DNA of 32,000 nt from Candidatus Saccharimonadota bacterium (lineage in GTDB: Archaea; Nanohalarchaeota; Nanosalinia; Nanosalinales; Nanosalinaceae): contig NZ_CP107255.1 in NCBI RefSeq assembly GCF_029232205.1, positions 870,001 to 902,000 on the forward strand, in the 5' to 3' direction. The stretch's first letter is position 1. Every line of letters starts with the position of its first letter. A program made the translations under genes and the position numbers. The notes under the pieces were generated by a model, which was not told the origin of the DNA, did no database searches, and was given only the letters and a program-made list of their open reading frames with translations. Shown one piece after another: positions 8,335 through 17,038 of the stretch.

Positions 8335-8793
8335 ATGGACTTTGGACGCGTCCCCACAATAATACTAGGACTAGTACTTCTAACACTAACATTCAAGGCC
8401 GGAGCACTACTACAGGATATGAACGAGTGGAACAACCCTCAACCGGAAATACTGTTCAACTCCATGTACAAAAACGATGCAGGCCAACTATCCCTCAACA
8501 TGGAAAACAAGGGAACTCCAGCAAACTTCACACAGTTCGAAGTAAAATACAACATAAATGGCCAGGTATACAACCAGTCCGAACTCAAAGAAGCACAGCC
8601 AGACCTCGCAGCAAACAACACATGCTTCACCCAGAACGGAACCTGGGGCAAAAACACCAGATACAGCTGCCAAACAGGAATAAACTTCCCACAGGCCCAG
8701 ACCAACACAATGATAATCATATCATTCAAAGAAGGCGAAATAAAATGGAAAAAAGGCTGCAAACCAGTAACCACAGACGCAATAGGCTGCTAA
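8335..8793 (+). CDS. small secreted or membrane-anchored protein, non-acidic, 4 Cys, multiple N-x-S/T sequons
   Basis: N-terminal hydrophobic segment VPTIILGLVLLTLTF. Rich in N/Q/K/T. Sequons NFT, NQS, NNT, NGT and NTM. Cys residues lie in ...NNTC...YSC...KGC...IGC*. Confidence 0.6.
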   Translation: MDFGRVPTIILGLVLLTLTFKAGALLQDMNEWNNPQPEILFNSMYKNDAGQLSLNMENKGTPANFTQFEVKYNINGQVYNQSELKEAQPDLAANNTCFTQNGTWGKNTRYSCQTGINFPQAQTNTMIIISFKEGEIKWKKGCKPVTTDAIGC

Positions 8794-8817
8794 AACAATA
8801 AGGCCTCCACAAAAATA

Positions 8818-8839
8818 TTGTTCGAAAACCGTCGAACAA
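8818..8839 (+). promoter_or_regulatory. inverted repeat TTGTTCGA-AAACCG-TCGAACAA
   Basis: Perfect 8-bp arms. It shares the AAAACCGT..GAAC motif with the palindrome at 8941-8969. Confidence 0.35.
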
Positions 8840-8940
8840 AAATCCAGAAATCTCCTGTAGAAATTCTTTACCCTCTTAAGAACATACCATATACACAAAA
8901 ACAGTTTCTAAGACACTCATATTACAACAAGTCGATTGTA

Positions 8941-8969
8941 GAACGTTCAAAAACCGTTCATGAACGGTT
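8941..8969 (+). promoter_or_regulatory. palindrome cluster: GAACGTTC (8941-8948) plus the 18-bp perfect palindrome AACCGTTCATGAACGGTT (8952-8969)
   Basis: Read directly from the sequence. Located about 250 nt upstream of the S-layer gene, flanked by TAGAAC direct repeats. Confidence 0.4.
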
Positions 8970-9217
8970 AGAACAGGCCTTTCTCCAAACCATTTTTAAA
9001 GGTGGTTACCATAAAACATGCATAAGAACGAGCCACGATAGCGACTGGACTCGGCCCGGTTCCCCTTTCACAACCATCCCTCAACGGGAGGTAATTTTTT
9101 TGGGAATCGGGATCCCGCGGAGAAACCACACTCCGTCAACAAAAAATGAAGCGGCCCTCGGTCTCAACGTCGCTTCCACATAAAGAAAATATTGAGACAA
9201 ACTTGGTGAATCAACCA

Positions 9218-11536
9218 ATGAAGAACATCAAAAAACTCAAATCTTATGGAAAGACTGTAGCAGCATCCGCACTACTTGTTGGAGCTACTGTAACCGGCGC
9301 AGCCGGTCTAGCAGCAGCACAAAACAATGGGTCCAGTGGAGCTGACTACACACTACAGGATTATCCAGCACCTTTCGTAGATGACGAAGGGAACGTAGAT
9401 ACATCCATCGTCGTAGGCACAGACGGAAAACAGGCCGACGTAGTCTCCGCAGTAGATATCGCAGGAGACCTAGGAAACCAAGCATTCTCCGAAGAATCAG
9501 TAGATGGTCCAAGCGGAGCATCAGTAGATGGAGAACAACTGAATGAGGAAGTACTCGGTTTAGACCTAACAACTACAACAATTGATGCATCCGATTATTC
9601 AGCATTCACAAGAACAACAATGGAAGATGACGACGGAGAAGATGTATTTGTCACTGAATCCGCACAGATCTCAGGAGTCGCTTCCAGAATCAACGGAACA
9701 TCTACAGATTTCAACGTTCAGCCTGGCGACGTCACATACGACGTAACTTACAGCCCAGGATTCAAGGAGAACGATACAGTAACTATGCTCGGTAACGAAT
9801 ACGAGCTAGTCAACATTGTTGACTCAGGAGAAGTAGAACTTGGCTCAACAATGGAAGAGGACATGACTGTAGGAGATTCCTACGAGCACGGTCCTTACAC
9901 AGTAGAGATCACAGGACAGACATCCGGAGACAACTCAGAAGTAGTAGTAAGAGTTTCTGAAGGAGAAGAAGTCCTAGACACAAAAGCACTAGAAGAAGGA
10001 GAAACACTAGAGCTAGACGACGAATATGACTTCTCAGTCACAGCATCCACAGTAATCTTCTACAGCGATGGGACACAGGACGTAACCCTAGAGTCCACCT
10101 ACACAGACACCACCCTAGAAGAAGGAGAAGATCTGCCAATGGATGACAGATACGAAGTCGATACAATCGCCACAGCAGACAGCACTACAACAGTAACAGG
10201 CTTCACTCTAGAAAACACAGTGAAAACTGTAGAAGAAGCAGAAGATGAAGATGAAGTTCCTTACGTAGAAACTGATCAGTCCTTCGCTGGACCAGCTGAC
10301 TACTTCAGTCTAACAAACCAGGGAATTACAAGCGAAGCAATGAGCACAGTTGAATTTGGCAGCGAATACGATCTGACATACACAGATCCAAACGCTCAGG
10401 AACAGAGTCTTGACATGACAGAACTGCGAACCAACGGAGACACAAACATCTCTAGCTCTGACGATGGAACATACTTCGCAGTGGTAGGCTCCGATAAAGG
10501 AAACGACGGTACTTCAGACTCCTACCTAGTAGAAGTTACAGACGTATCTACAGACGGTACAAACGGACCTGTAGATGCCGTTACACTGGAGCACGCTAGC
10601 TTCGAGCAAACTTTCGAAACAACCGGAACAACAGGATCCGTTTCAACAGGATACGGATTTAGCGTCGGAGTTACATTTGGAGCAAACGGTGGAGACAACG
10701 CATCCATCACAGGAACAACAACAGACTCCCTAACAGTACAGGGAGGAGCAAACGTAAGCCTAGAAACCAACGACCCAAGTAGCGGTGGACTAGGCATTGC
10801 CGATAGCAATGCTGGCTCAGATGCTTTGAACATCAGAATCTCCGAAGCAGAAGGAACAGATGAATCCGGCGCAGATACAGGAGACATCCACGTCTTCTAC
10901 GATGAAGACGACGATGGAGAAGACTACTTCAATGACGCTGATGACGGCGAAATTGGAGCAGTCTACTACGCTGGAGCAGAAGACGAAGCTTCAGGTACCA
11001 CGACCAACCTAGGAGACGTTGAAGATGGAGACGAGACACTCACACACTTCGGTTCAGAAGTCGTACTCAACAGCGCAACAGGCGCAGAGGTAATGTACCC
11101 TGATGAGCAGAGATATCAGGTTGCAGCATTCGGTTCCACAGAAGGAGGATCCACAAATGGAGCAGTTTCCATGACTCCAACAGGATTCCCAGCTGGAACT
11201 GGAACAATGGATACAGATGTATCCAACTCTGACAGAAGTCAGAACATGATCCTCGTAGGAGGACCAGAGGTCAACGACCTGACAGCTGATCTAGCTGACG
11301 AAGGACAGACCTGGAACTCCACTCAGTACGAGAACAACCAAGGCGTAGGCGTCCTAGACCTAGTCAACGACGCTTTCGACGAAGGTTACTCTGCACTTGT
11401 AGTTGCAGGATGGAATGCTGAAGACACAAGCGCTGCAGCAGACTACCTAGTTAACTACAACGCAGACACAGACACAGCTCTAGAAGGTAAGACGACCGCA
11501 CAGGTCAACACCGACACAAACGAGCTAGTAGAGTAA
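9218..11536 (+). CDS. S-layer / major cell-surface protein (Methanococcales-type S_layer_N and S_layer_C features)
   Basis: GGTGA at 9205-9209 lies 8 nt before the ATG. Signal peptide MKNIKKLKSYGKTVAASALLVGATVTGAAGLAAAQ. N-terminal DYPAPFVDDEGNVDTSIVVGTDGKQADVVSAVDIAGDLG and C-terminal ILVGGPEVNDLTADL...ALVVAGWNAEDTSAAADYL resemble archaeal S-layer domains from memory. Extremely T/D/E/G-rich, with no C-terminal TM anchor. Confidence 0.7.
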   Translation: MKNIKKLKSYGKTVAASALLVGATVTGAAGLAAAQNNGSSGADYTLQDYPAPFVDDEGNVDTSIVVGTDGKQADVVSAVDIAGDLGNQAFSEESVDGPSGASVDGEQLNEEVLGLDLTTTTIDASDYSAFTRTTMEDDDGEDVFVTESAQISGVASRINGTSTDFNVQPGDVTYDVTYSPGFKENDTVTMLGNEYELVNIVDSGEVELGSTMEEDMTVGDSYEHGPYTVEITGQTSGDNSEVVVRVSEGEEVLDTKALEEGETLELDDEYDFSVTASTVIFYSDGTQDVTLESTYTDTTLEEGEDLPMDDRYEVDTIATADSTTTVTGFTLENTVKTVEEAEDEDEVPYVETDQSFAGPADYFSLTNQGITSEAMSTVEFGSEYDLTYTDPNAQEQSLDMTELRTNGDTNISSSDDGTYFAVVGSDKGNDGTSDSYLVEVTDVSTDGTNGPVDAVTLEHASFEQTFETTGTTGSVSTGYGFSVGVTFGANGGDNASITGTTTDSLTVQGGANVSLETNDPSSGGLGIADSNAGSDALNIRISEAEGTDESGADTGDIHVFYDEDDDGEDYFNDADDGEIGAVYYAGAEDEASGTTTNLGDVEDGDETLTHFGSEVVLNSATGAEVMYPDEQRYQVAAFGSTEGGSTNGAVSMTPTGFPAGTGTMDTDVSNSDRSQNMILVGGPEVNDLTADLADEGQTWNSTQYENNQGVGVLDLVNDAFDEGYSALVVAGWNAEDTSAAADYLVNYNADTDTALEGKTTAQVNTDTNELVE

Positions 11537-11549
11537 GACATTTTCCTTT

Positions 11550-11584
11550 GAGGCCTTAACAGGCCTCTTCTTTTCTTTATTTTA
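11550..11584 (+). terminator. hairpin GAGGCCT-TAAC-AGGCCTC followed by a T-rich tract
   Basis: The 7-bp stem is built from two AGGCCT copies, 14 nt after the S-layer stop. It is followed by TTCTTTTCTTTATTTT. Confidence 0.55.
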
Positions 11585-11654
11585 CATAGATTATTTCTTG
11601 AGCAAGTTACGCAGAAACTTTCTGTTGCCACGTAAAAGTTAAAAGAATTGTAGC

Positions 11655-12242
11655 GTGTTGTATGTTTTGGACAACAATGGTGAGCATGTATTGAGTGACG
11701 GCCAATCAAGAGACCTGAAACTGGCAGATAACTATAATTCCGAGATTGAGGCCGCAAGCTACATGCAGATTCCTAATGGTTACGGCGAGCATGTAAGAAG
11801 AATTACTGAGGCCGCCTATGATACAGCCTCCAGACTTAGAAGAAAGGTTATAGAGAAAAGGAGTTTTGAAGAAATAGATAATCCTGAGCTTCTTGATGTT
11901 GAAATCAGAAACTTGGCGTTGAATGGTCTTCAGGCAGCCATAGAAGATGCCTCCACGCATATCGAACAGGCCCGAGAATACGAGACAGAGATAGGTACAG
12001 ATTACTGGTTCGGCGAGTCTAACGATTTTGAATGGACTCTTTCCAGAGATGCACGGCCTGAAAAAGAGGAGAACTTCCTTGAAAACTACAGAATTGCTGA
12101 AGGCCATTACAGAAGTATTTTCGAAGCTCTTGATCAGGAGGTCGAAGGCCAGAATGTTGTAGAGTTTCTTGAAGAAAAGTACGACATCAACTTGAACAAC
12201 ATACTGCCCGAGGTTGCAGAACCTAGAATGAACAGGAGATGA
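11655..12242 (+). CDS. hypothetical protein, paralog A of a tandem pair
   Basis: Shares FLENYRIAEGHYRSIFEAL and EFLEEKYDINLNNILPEVAEPR with the next gene. GTG/TTG start, exact position uncertain. Confidence 0.6.
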   Translation: MLYVLDNNGEHVLSDGQSRDLKLADNYNSEIEAASYMQIPNGYGEHVRRITEAAYDTASRLRRKVIEKRSFEEIDNPELLDVEIRNLALNGLQAAIEDASTHIEQAREYETEIGTDYWFGESNDFEWTLSRDARPEKEENFLENYRIAEGHYRSIFEALDQEVEGQNVVEFLEEKYDINLNNILPEVAEPRMNRR

Positions 12243-12246
12243 AATA

Positions 12247-12762
12247 ATGAGCGAGAAAACACCAGCACTACCAGAAGGACAAACACACACGAATTTCAAC
12301 GCCCCTCTTGAAGAGTTAAGGCCTAATCAGGGAAAAGATCTGGCTCTTTATGCGGAGGCCGTCTGCAATACTATCGATCACATGTACCAGAAAGCCATTG
12401 ATAAGCGCAATTATGAAAGAAGAGGTATCCAAGATGGAGAGCTGGATAAGGAACTTGTGCATCTTCTTGCTCAGGACGTTCCTGAGGCAGTTGAGGAGCT
12501 TGGTGATAGACTTGAAGAGGCACGTGACATCGAGGAAAATATTCAGGGCCGTACACCAGATACAATCGATTATTCAGATAATAGGGCTGAAAAGTTTCTT
12601 GAGAACTACCGTGAAGCAGAAGGCCTTTACCGCGAGGCTTTCAAGTTGATGGGTCGAGAAATCGGAGGCCAGAGTCTTGCAGAGTTTCTGGATGACCAGT
12701 ACAGGATTGGCCTCTTGGATAACTTCAAAGAAGTCCCTGATCCTCGACCCGATCACAGGTAA
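12247..12762 (+). CDS. hypothetical protein, paralog B of a tandem pair
   Basis: FLENYREAEGLYREAFKLM and EFLDDQYRIGLLDNFKEVPDPR align with paralog A. The ATG lies 4 nt after the paralog A stop. Confidence 0.65.
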   Translation: MSEKTPALPEGQTHTNFNAPLEELRPNQGKDLALYAEAVCNTIDHMYQKAIDKRNYERRGIQDGELDKELVHLLAQDVPEAVEELGDRLEEARDIEENIQGRTPDTIDYSDNRAEKFLENYREAEGLYREAFKLMGREIGGQSLAEFLDDQYRIGLLDNFKEVPDPRPDHR

Positions 12763-12859
12763 AACCTGATTTATAAAGTTTGTTTTCTGTTTCTTGATAT
12801 ACCGAAAAGTGGCGCCAGCTCTTTTGCTGGAGTTTGAAAGGCCGCGAGGTGCATAAACA

Positions 12860-13210
12860 ATGGATAAACACGCAGACCCAACCAACAGTGTACTCCTTGA
12901 GACTATTGAAATGCTCGAGGAGCAAGAAGCTGCTATCTGGAATCAGGTAGCTGAAAATCTTGGAAAAGTTAATCGTAGACGCGCAGAAGTCAATATTTCT
13001 GATATTGACCGTGTTGCAGAAGACGGAGACACAATCGTTGTCCCCGGAAAAGTTCTTGGAACAGGCCGACTCACAAAAGATGTTGACGTCGCAGCCTTCC
13101 AGGCAAGCAACGGCGCAAAGAAGAAGATCATGGAGAACGGAGATTTCATGTTCATCCAGGATCTTGTAGAAGACAACCCTGAAGGAACAGAGGTGAGAAT
13201 TGTAAAATGA
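12860..13210 (+). CDS. rpl18e: 50S ribosomal protein L18e
   Basis: ...LGKVNRRRAEVNISDIDRVAEDGDTIVVPGKVLGTGRLTKDVDVAAFQASNGAKKKI... GAGGTG lies 8 nt upstream and TTTATAAAG about 90 nt upstream. Confidence 0.88.
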   Translation: MDKHADPTNSVLLETIEMLEEQEAAIWNQVAENLGKVNRRRAEVNISDIDRVAEDGDTIVVPGKVLGTGRLTKDVDVAAFQASNGAKKKIMENGDFMFIQDLVEDNPEGTEVRIVK

Positions 13211-13635
13211 AAGTAATCAGTGCAGAAGGAAAAATTCTAGGCCGTCTAGCATCAAAGATCGCATCAATGGCAAAAGACGGAGAAACAGTAAGAGTAGTCA
13301 AATCAGAAGACGTAGTAATCTCAGGAGACAAAGACAAGATCTTCGCAGACTACAAACAGAAGAAAGATAGAGGAGCACGAGACAGAGGCCCTTACTTCCC
13401 GAAAAGACCTGACAGAATTCTTAAGAGAACCGTTAAAGGAATGCTTCCAAGCAATCCTTCCGGAAGAGAAGCTCTTGACAACGTAAGAACTTACCTGGAC
13501 GTTCCAGAAGAATTTGAGGACTATGAGGAAGTTGACGTTAAGGAAGGAGACGATCTTCTTAACAGGAATTATGTAAAGCTTGGCGAAGTATCCAAACATA
13601 TCGGATGGAAAGGAAAACGGGGTGTTAATCAATAA
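13207..13635 (+). CDS. rpl13: 50S ribosomal protein L13 (uL13)
   Basis: MKVISAEGKILGRLASKIA...PYFPKRPDRILKRTVKGMLP. 4-nt overlap with L18e. GAGGTGA upstream. Confidence 0.9.
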   Translation: MKVISAEGKILGRLASKIASMAKDGETVRVVKSEDVVISGDKDKIFADYKQKKDRGARDRGPYFPKRPDRILKRTVKGMLPSNPSGREALDNVRTYLDVPEEFEDYEEVDVKEGDDLLNRNYVKLGEVSKHIGWKGKRGVNQ

Positions 13636-14036
13636 TGACAGTTACAAGCACAGGAAAGCGTAAGACCGCAAAGGCACGCGCAACAGTTGAAGAAGGAGAA
13701 GGCACCCTTCGAATCAACTCCAGGCCTCTGCATGTTCAGCAGAAGGCTATCAAGGAGCGAGTAAAGGAGCCTCTCATCATCGCAGGCGAAGAAATCTACG
13801 GAGACCTGAATATTCAAGTTACCAGTGAAGGTGGCGGAATTCAGGGACAGGCCGAAGCCATCAGAATGGCTATTGCTAGAGGCCTTGTAGAGTACACTGA
13901 CAGCGATGATCTTGAGAGAGACTTCAGAGACTATGATAGAAACATGATGGTTGAGGATCCGAGAAGAACCGAGACCAGAAAACCATCACAGTCGAGCAAA
14001 GGAGCTCGACACAAACAGCAGAAATCCTACCGTTAA
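13635..14036 (+). CDS. rps9: 30S ribosomal protein S9 (uS9)
   Basis: GKRKTAKARATVEEGEGTLRINSRPL...GGGIQGQAEAIRMAIARGL...DPRRTETRKPSQSSKGARHKQQKSYR. 1-nt overlap with the L13 stop. Confidence 0.92.
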   Translation: MTVTSTGKRKTAKARATVEEGEGTLRINSRPLHVQQKAIKERVKEPLIIAGEEIYGDLNIQVTSEGGGIQGQAEAIRMAIARGLVEYTDSDDLERDFRDYDRNMMVEDPRRTETRKPSQSSKGARHKQQKSYR

Positions 14037-14081
14037 CCCGGTACCTTTTTCTGCTATCTTTCAAGAGGTGTCAATACAACA

Positions 14082-14279
14082 ATGCAATTTCCAGTAAGAT
14101 GTCTCAGTTGCGGCAAAGTAATCAGCCAGCACTGGGAAGAGTACGAGGAACGTACCGAAGAAGGCGAGGACCCAGGAGAGGTACTCGACGATCTCGGAAT
14201 CGAGAAGTACTGCTGTAGAACAATGTTCATCGGCCACGTCGACACAATAGACGAAGTCGCAGAACACAAAATTACCTAA
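14082..14279 (+). CDS. rpoN: DNA-directed RNA polymerase subunit N (Rpo10)
   Basis: MQFPVRCLSCGKVISQHWEEY...LGIEKYCCRTMFIGHVD, zinc-binding CxxC...CC. GAGGTG upstream. Confidence 0.9.
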   Translation: MQFPVRCLSCGKVISQHWEEYEERTEEGEDPGEVLDDLGIEKYCCRTMFIGHVDTIDEVAEHKIT

Positions 14280-15458
14280 TCACATATCCTCTCTTTTCTT
14301 TTCATCCTCTTCTTCAATCCACCTAACATAACCCGTAATGCCGACTACCGCCACAGTAGCGTAGACAAACGCAGCCATAAACCCTGTTCTCACAGAGTAA
14401 TTCAAGACGACATACGCAGTAAGGCCGTAAGTCAGTATTTTACCAACGTTAAGGAAGAACTCTCTGAAAGCATAGAACTCCAGAATATCTTCATCCTCAG
14501 CCACGTCAGCATAGATAGAGTAAAGAGGAACATAGTAAATCATAAAGAAAAGGCCGGCAAGGAACGAGACTCCAAAGGCCTGTGTCGCAGTCTGGACAAA
14601 CGCTCGAGCCACATAGACTCCTGCGGCAAGCAGCAGACCGGAGGCCATCAGTTTCTTCTTGTCAAACCTTCCCGAGATACGGCCTATCGTCAGGGCAAAC
14701 ACGATCGACCCTACTGATGCAATACTTTTTGCGCCACCAGCATTCATCTCCCCACCTACAACATAGTAGACAAAAAGCGGGAACAGTATTGCGCCAGCAG
14801 CAATATCAGCACCTCTCAAAATGAAGAGGCCTGCAAACTTTCTGTGCTCCGAATCAAAAAGAGACTTGATATCGTACTCCAGAGGATCCCTGTGATCCTT
14901 CGACGCGAACAGAGGAATAGCAGACAGAACAAGTATTCCAATAGAGGCCGTTACCAGTGCATGGAAACCGTAGGCTGCCATGATAAATCCTCCTGCAAGA
15001 GGCGCAATGGCTTGAGAAATCTTCGGCAAACCTATCAGTCTTCCTGAGGCCTTTCCACGATCGCCGTCTTCAGTGTCTGTAGCGAACTCAGCGTGAAGAG
15101 AGATCCAGTGAAAAGCGTTTCCAAAACCATAGGCTACAGCAGCTGATACTACTAGGGTCGGTGATAGACTGAAGCTTCTCAAAGATAGGAAGGCCGGCAG
15201 ATAGAAAAAGTATGAAAGTATCAGGCTGTGCTTGAACCCTATATTAGCTATAATGTATGAGGCCGGTATGCATGCCAGGCCGAAGGCCGCTGTCGCAACA
15301 AGAATATAGTTAAAGACCCAGTTGATCTGCATGCCGTTGGAGGCAATGTAGATCGGGATGAAGATGCCTATCAGGCTGAGAACAAACCTGTGAAGTAGTT
15401 CGTACGCGTAAATTTGATCTACTTCTACGGCCCGGAATCTTCCAAACATGCTATGCAT
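14280..15458 (-). CDS. MFS transporter (tandem paralog 1)
   Basis: 392 aa with about 12 TM segments. Motif-A-like GRISGRFDKKK. About 45-50% identical by eye to the next gene. Its stop codon directly abuts the rpoN stop (convergent, 0 nt apart). Confidence 0.7.
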   Translation of the reverse strand: MHSMFGRFRAVEVDQIYAYELLHRFVLSLIGIFIPIYIASNGMQINWVFNYILVATAAFGLACIPASYIIANIGFKHSLILSYFFYLPAFLSLRSFSLSPTLVVSAAVAYGFGNAFHWISLHAEFATDTEDGDRGKASGRLIGLPKISQAIAPLAGGFIMAAYGFHALVTASIGILVLSAIPLFASKDHRDPLEYDIKSLFDSEHRKFAGLFILRGADIAAGAILFPLFVYYVVGGEMNAGGAKSIASVGSIVFALTIGRISGRFDKKKLMASGLLLAAGVYVARAFVQTATQAFGVSFLAGLFFMIYYVPLYSIYADVAEDEDILEFYAFREFFLNVGKILTYGLTAYVVLNYSVRTGFMAAFVYATVAVVGITGYVRWIEEEDEKKREDM

Positions 15459-15499
15459 TTTGTGTCCTCAAGCATCTTTGCGATCACCTGGTTTTTATT

Positions 15500-16642
15500 T
15501 CAATGGCGTGAAAGCCAGCCAGCATAGAACGCAATCAAGAATGTCGCGGCCGCCGCCAGATGGAAGGTAGTCCTCAGGGCCCCAAGTGCTGAGGTCTTGA
15601 TCAGGTAAATACCCAGTAGCAACGTGGCTATACGGCCCAGTGCAAGGAATACCTCCCTGAAAGCGTAGAACTCAAGGATATCCTCTTTCTCAGCGAGATC
15701 GGCAAGATCCGAGAAAACAGGTATGAAGTATATCATCATGATTAGGCCTGCGGTAAAGGATACAAGGTAGGCCTGTAAGGATGTTTCAACCAGTGCGCGT
15801 GCCGAGAAAAGAGCTGCGGAGATTACTGTGCCGACTATGATAAGTTTTTTCTCATCTACCCTGTCGGTGATACGGCCAACTGACACGGCGAATACAACCG
15901 AGCCCAAGCTGGCAAGCGATCCGACAATTCCTGCATCTAGAGATCCTCCTGCAATATAGAAAATGTAGATCGGGAACAGGTATTTTCCGGTAGCAGAGCC
16001 AATCCCTCTCAAAAAGAACAGTGAGCCAAGAAGTGCGTGTTTTTTCTCGATAAGGCCTCTAATAGAATAATCCATTGGATCCCGATGGTCTTTCGAAGCC
16101 ATCAACGGGAGAGCTGAAACCGCAAGGAAAAAGACAGACACTCCTACAAGCGCGCCGAACCCTACGTAGGCCATCAACGCCCCTCCGATCGCAGGAGCCA
16201 GTGCCCTCGCTACTCTTGGAAGGCCTAGCATCCTTCCTGTCTGTTTTCCTCTTGTCTTACTTTGAGAGTCAACTGCAAACTCTGCGTGAAGTGCAATCCA
16301 GTGGAAGGCCTTTGCAAATGCCATCAAACCTGCTGCAGCTACAACAACCTGTGGAGATAAATTAAATATTCGTAGAGATAGTATTGCTGGAAGATAGAAA
16401 AAGTATGAGATTACAAGACTGTGCTTGAACCCTATTCGTGCAATGACGTATGAAATAGGAAATGCTGCCAACACGAATGCTGCTGACTGAACCAGTAGAT
16501 AGTTGAATGCCCAGGAAAGGCCTAGAGATGATTGAAGTATATAGATCGGGATGAAAATGCTGATTAGGCCTAGCGCCATCTTCTGCAGAAATTCGTATGC
16601 ATATATCTGGCTGATCTCGTATTCCTTGAATACTTCCAGCAT
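15500..16642 (-). CDS. MFS transporter (tandem paralog 2)
   Basis: 380 aa. YAYEFLQKMALGLISIFIPIYI... parallels YAYELLHRFVLSLIGIFIPIYI... in paralog 1. Also carries GRITDRVDEKK. Confidence 0.7.
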   Translation of the reverse strand: MLEVFKEYEISQIYAYEFLQKMALGLISIFIPIYILQSSLGLSWAFNYLLVQSAAFVLAAFPISYVIARIGFKHSLVISYFFYLPAILSLRIFNLSPQVVVAAAGLMAFAKAFHWIALHAEFAVDSQSKTRGKQTGRMLGLPRVARALAPAIGGALMAYVGFGALVGVSVFFLAVSALPLMASKDHRDPMDYSIRGLIEKKHALLGSLFFLRGIGSATGKYLFPIYIFYIAGGSLDAGIVGSLASLGSVVFAVSVGRITDRVDEKKLIIVGTVISAALFSARALVETSLQAYLVSFTAGLIMMIYFIPVFSDLADLAEKEDILEFYAFREVFLALGRIATLLLGIYLIKTSALGALRTTFHLAAAATFLIAFYAGWLSRH

Positions 16643-16663
16643 AGTATTTGTTCCTCGCAGGCC

Positions 16664-17038
16664 TTATTTAATCCTTCTCAACGCCGGCAGCACCATTTCC
16701 AGGTTTGGAGCTATCTCCATGTCATCCAGTTCAAGCGGGTCAACCCATTCAAGTTCTCCGAATTTTTCCTCCTGTATCTCTGGTTCTCCGTCGGTATCTG
16801 CAATGTATCCATGCCAGAGAAACATCTGGCCATCTTTCTGGAATTCTCCGCTATAGAAAGGTTTCTTCAGTTCGACTTCAACTCCTATCTCCTCCCTTGC
16901 TTCTCTGACTGCGGCATCTATCGGCGATTCTTCTTCCTCTACTTTTCCACCAGGAACCTCCCAGTGGCCCTCATCCTCTCTGTATAGAAGCAGTATTTTT
17001 CCATCTCTGATAATCAAGTTTCCGGCGAGCTCTATCAT
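16664..17038 (-). CDS. NUDIX hydrolase
   Basis: The Nudix box GGKVEEEESPIDAAVREAREEIGVEV fits GX5EX7REUXEEXGU. Confidence 0.85.
   Translation of the reverse strand: MIELAGNLIIRDGKILLLYREDEGHWEVPGGKVEEEESPIDAAVREAREEIGVEVELKKPFYSGEFQKDGQMFLWHGYIADTDGEPEIQEEKFGELEWVDPLELDDMEIAPNLEMVLPALRRIK

Noticed and set aside
8818-9183. 121-aa ORF in the region upstream of the S-layer gene, and the 9146 start of the long ORF
   Set aside because: The composition is basic and non-acidic, and the ORF is crossed by palindromes and a T7 run. The S-layer protein has a proper SD (GGTGA) and signal peptide starting at 9218, so the extra upstream codons are not needed.
11706-12299. 197-aa minus-strand ORF antisense to paralog A
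   Set aside because: Junk composition. The sense-strand gene is supported by paralogy with the adjacent gene.
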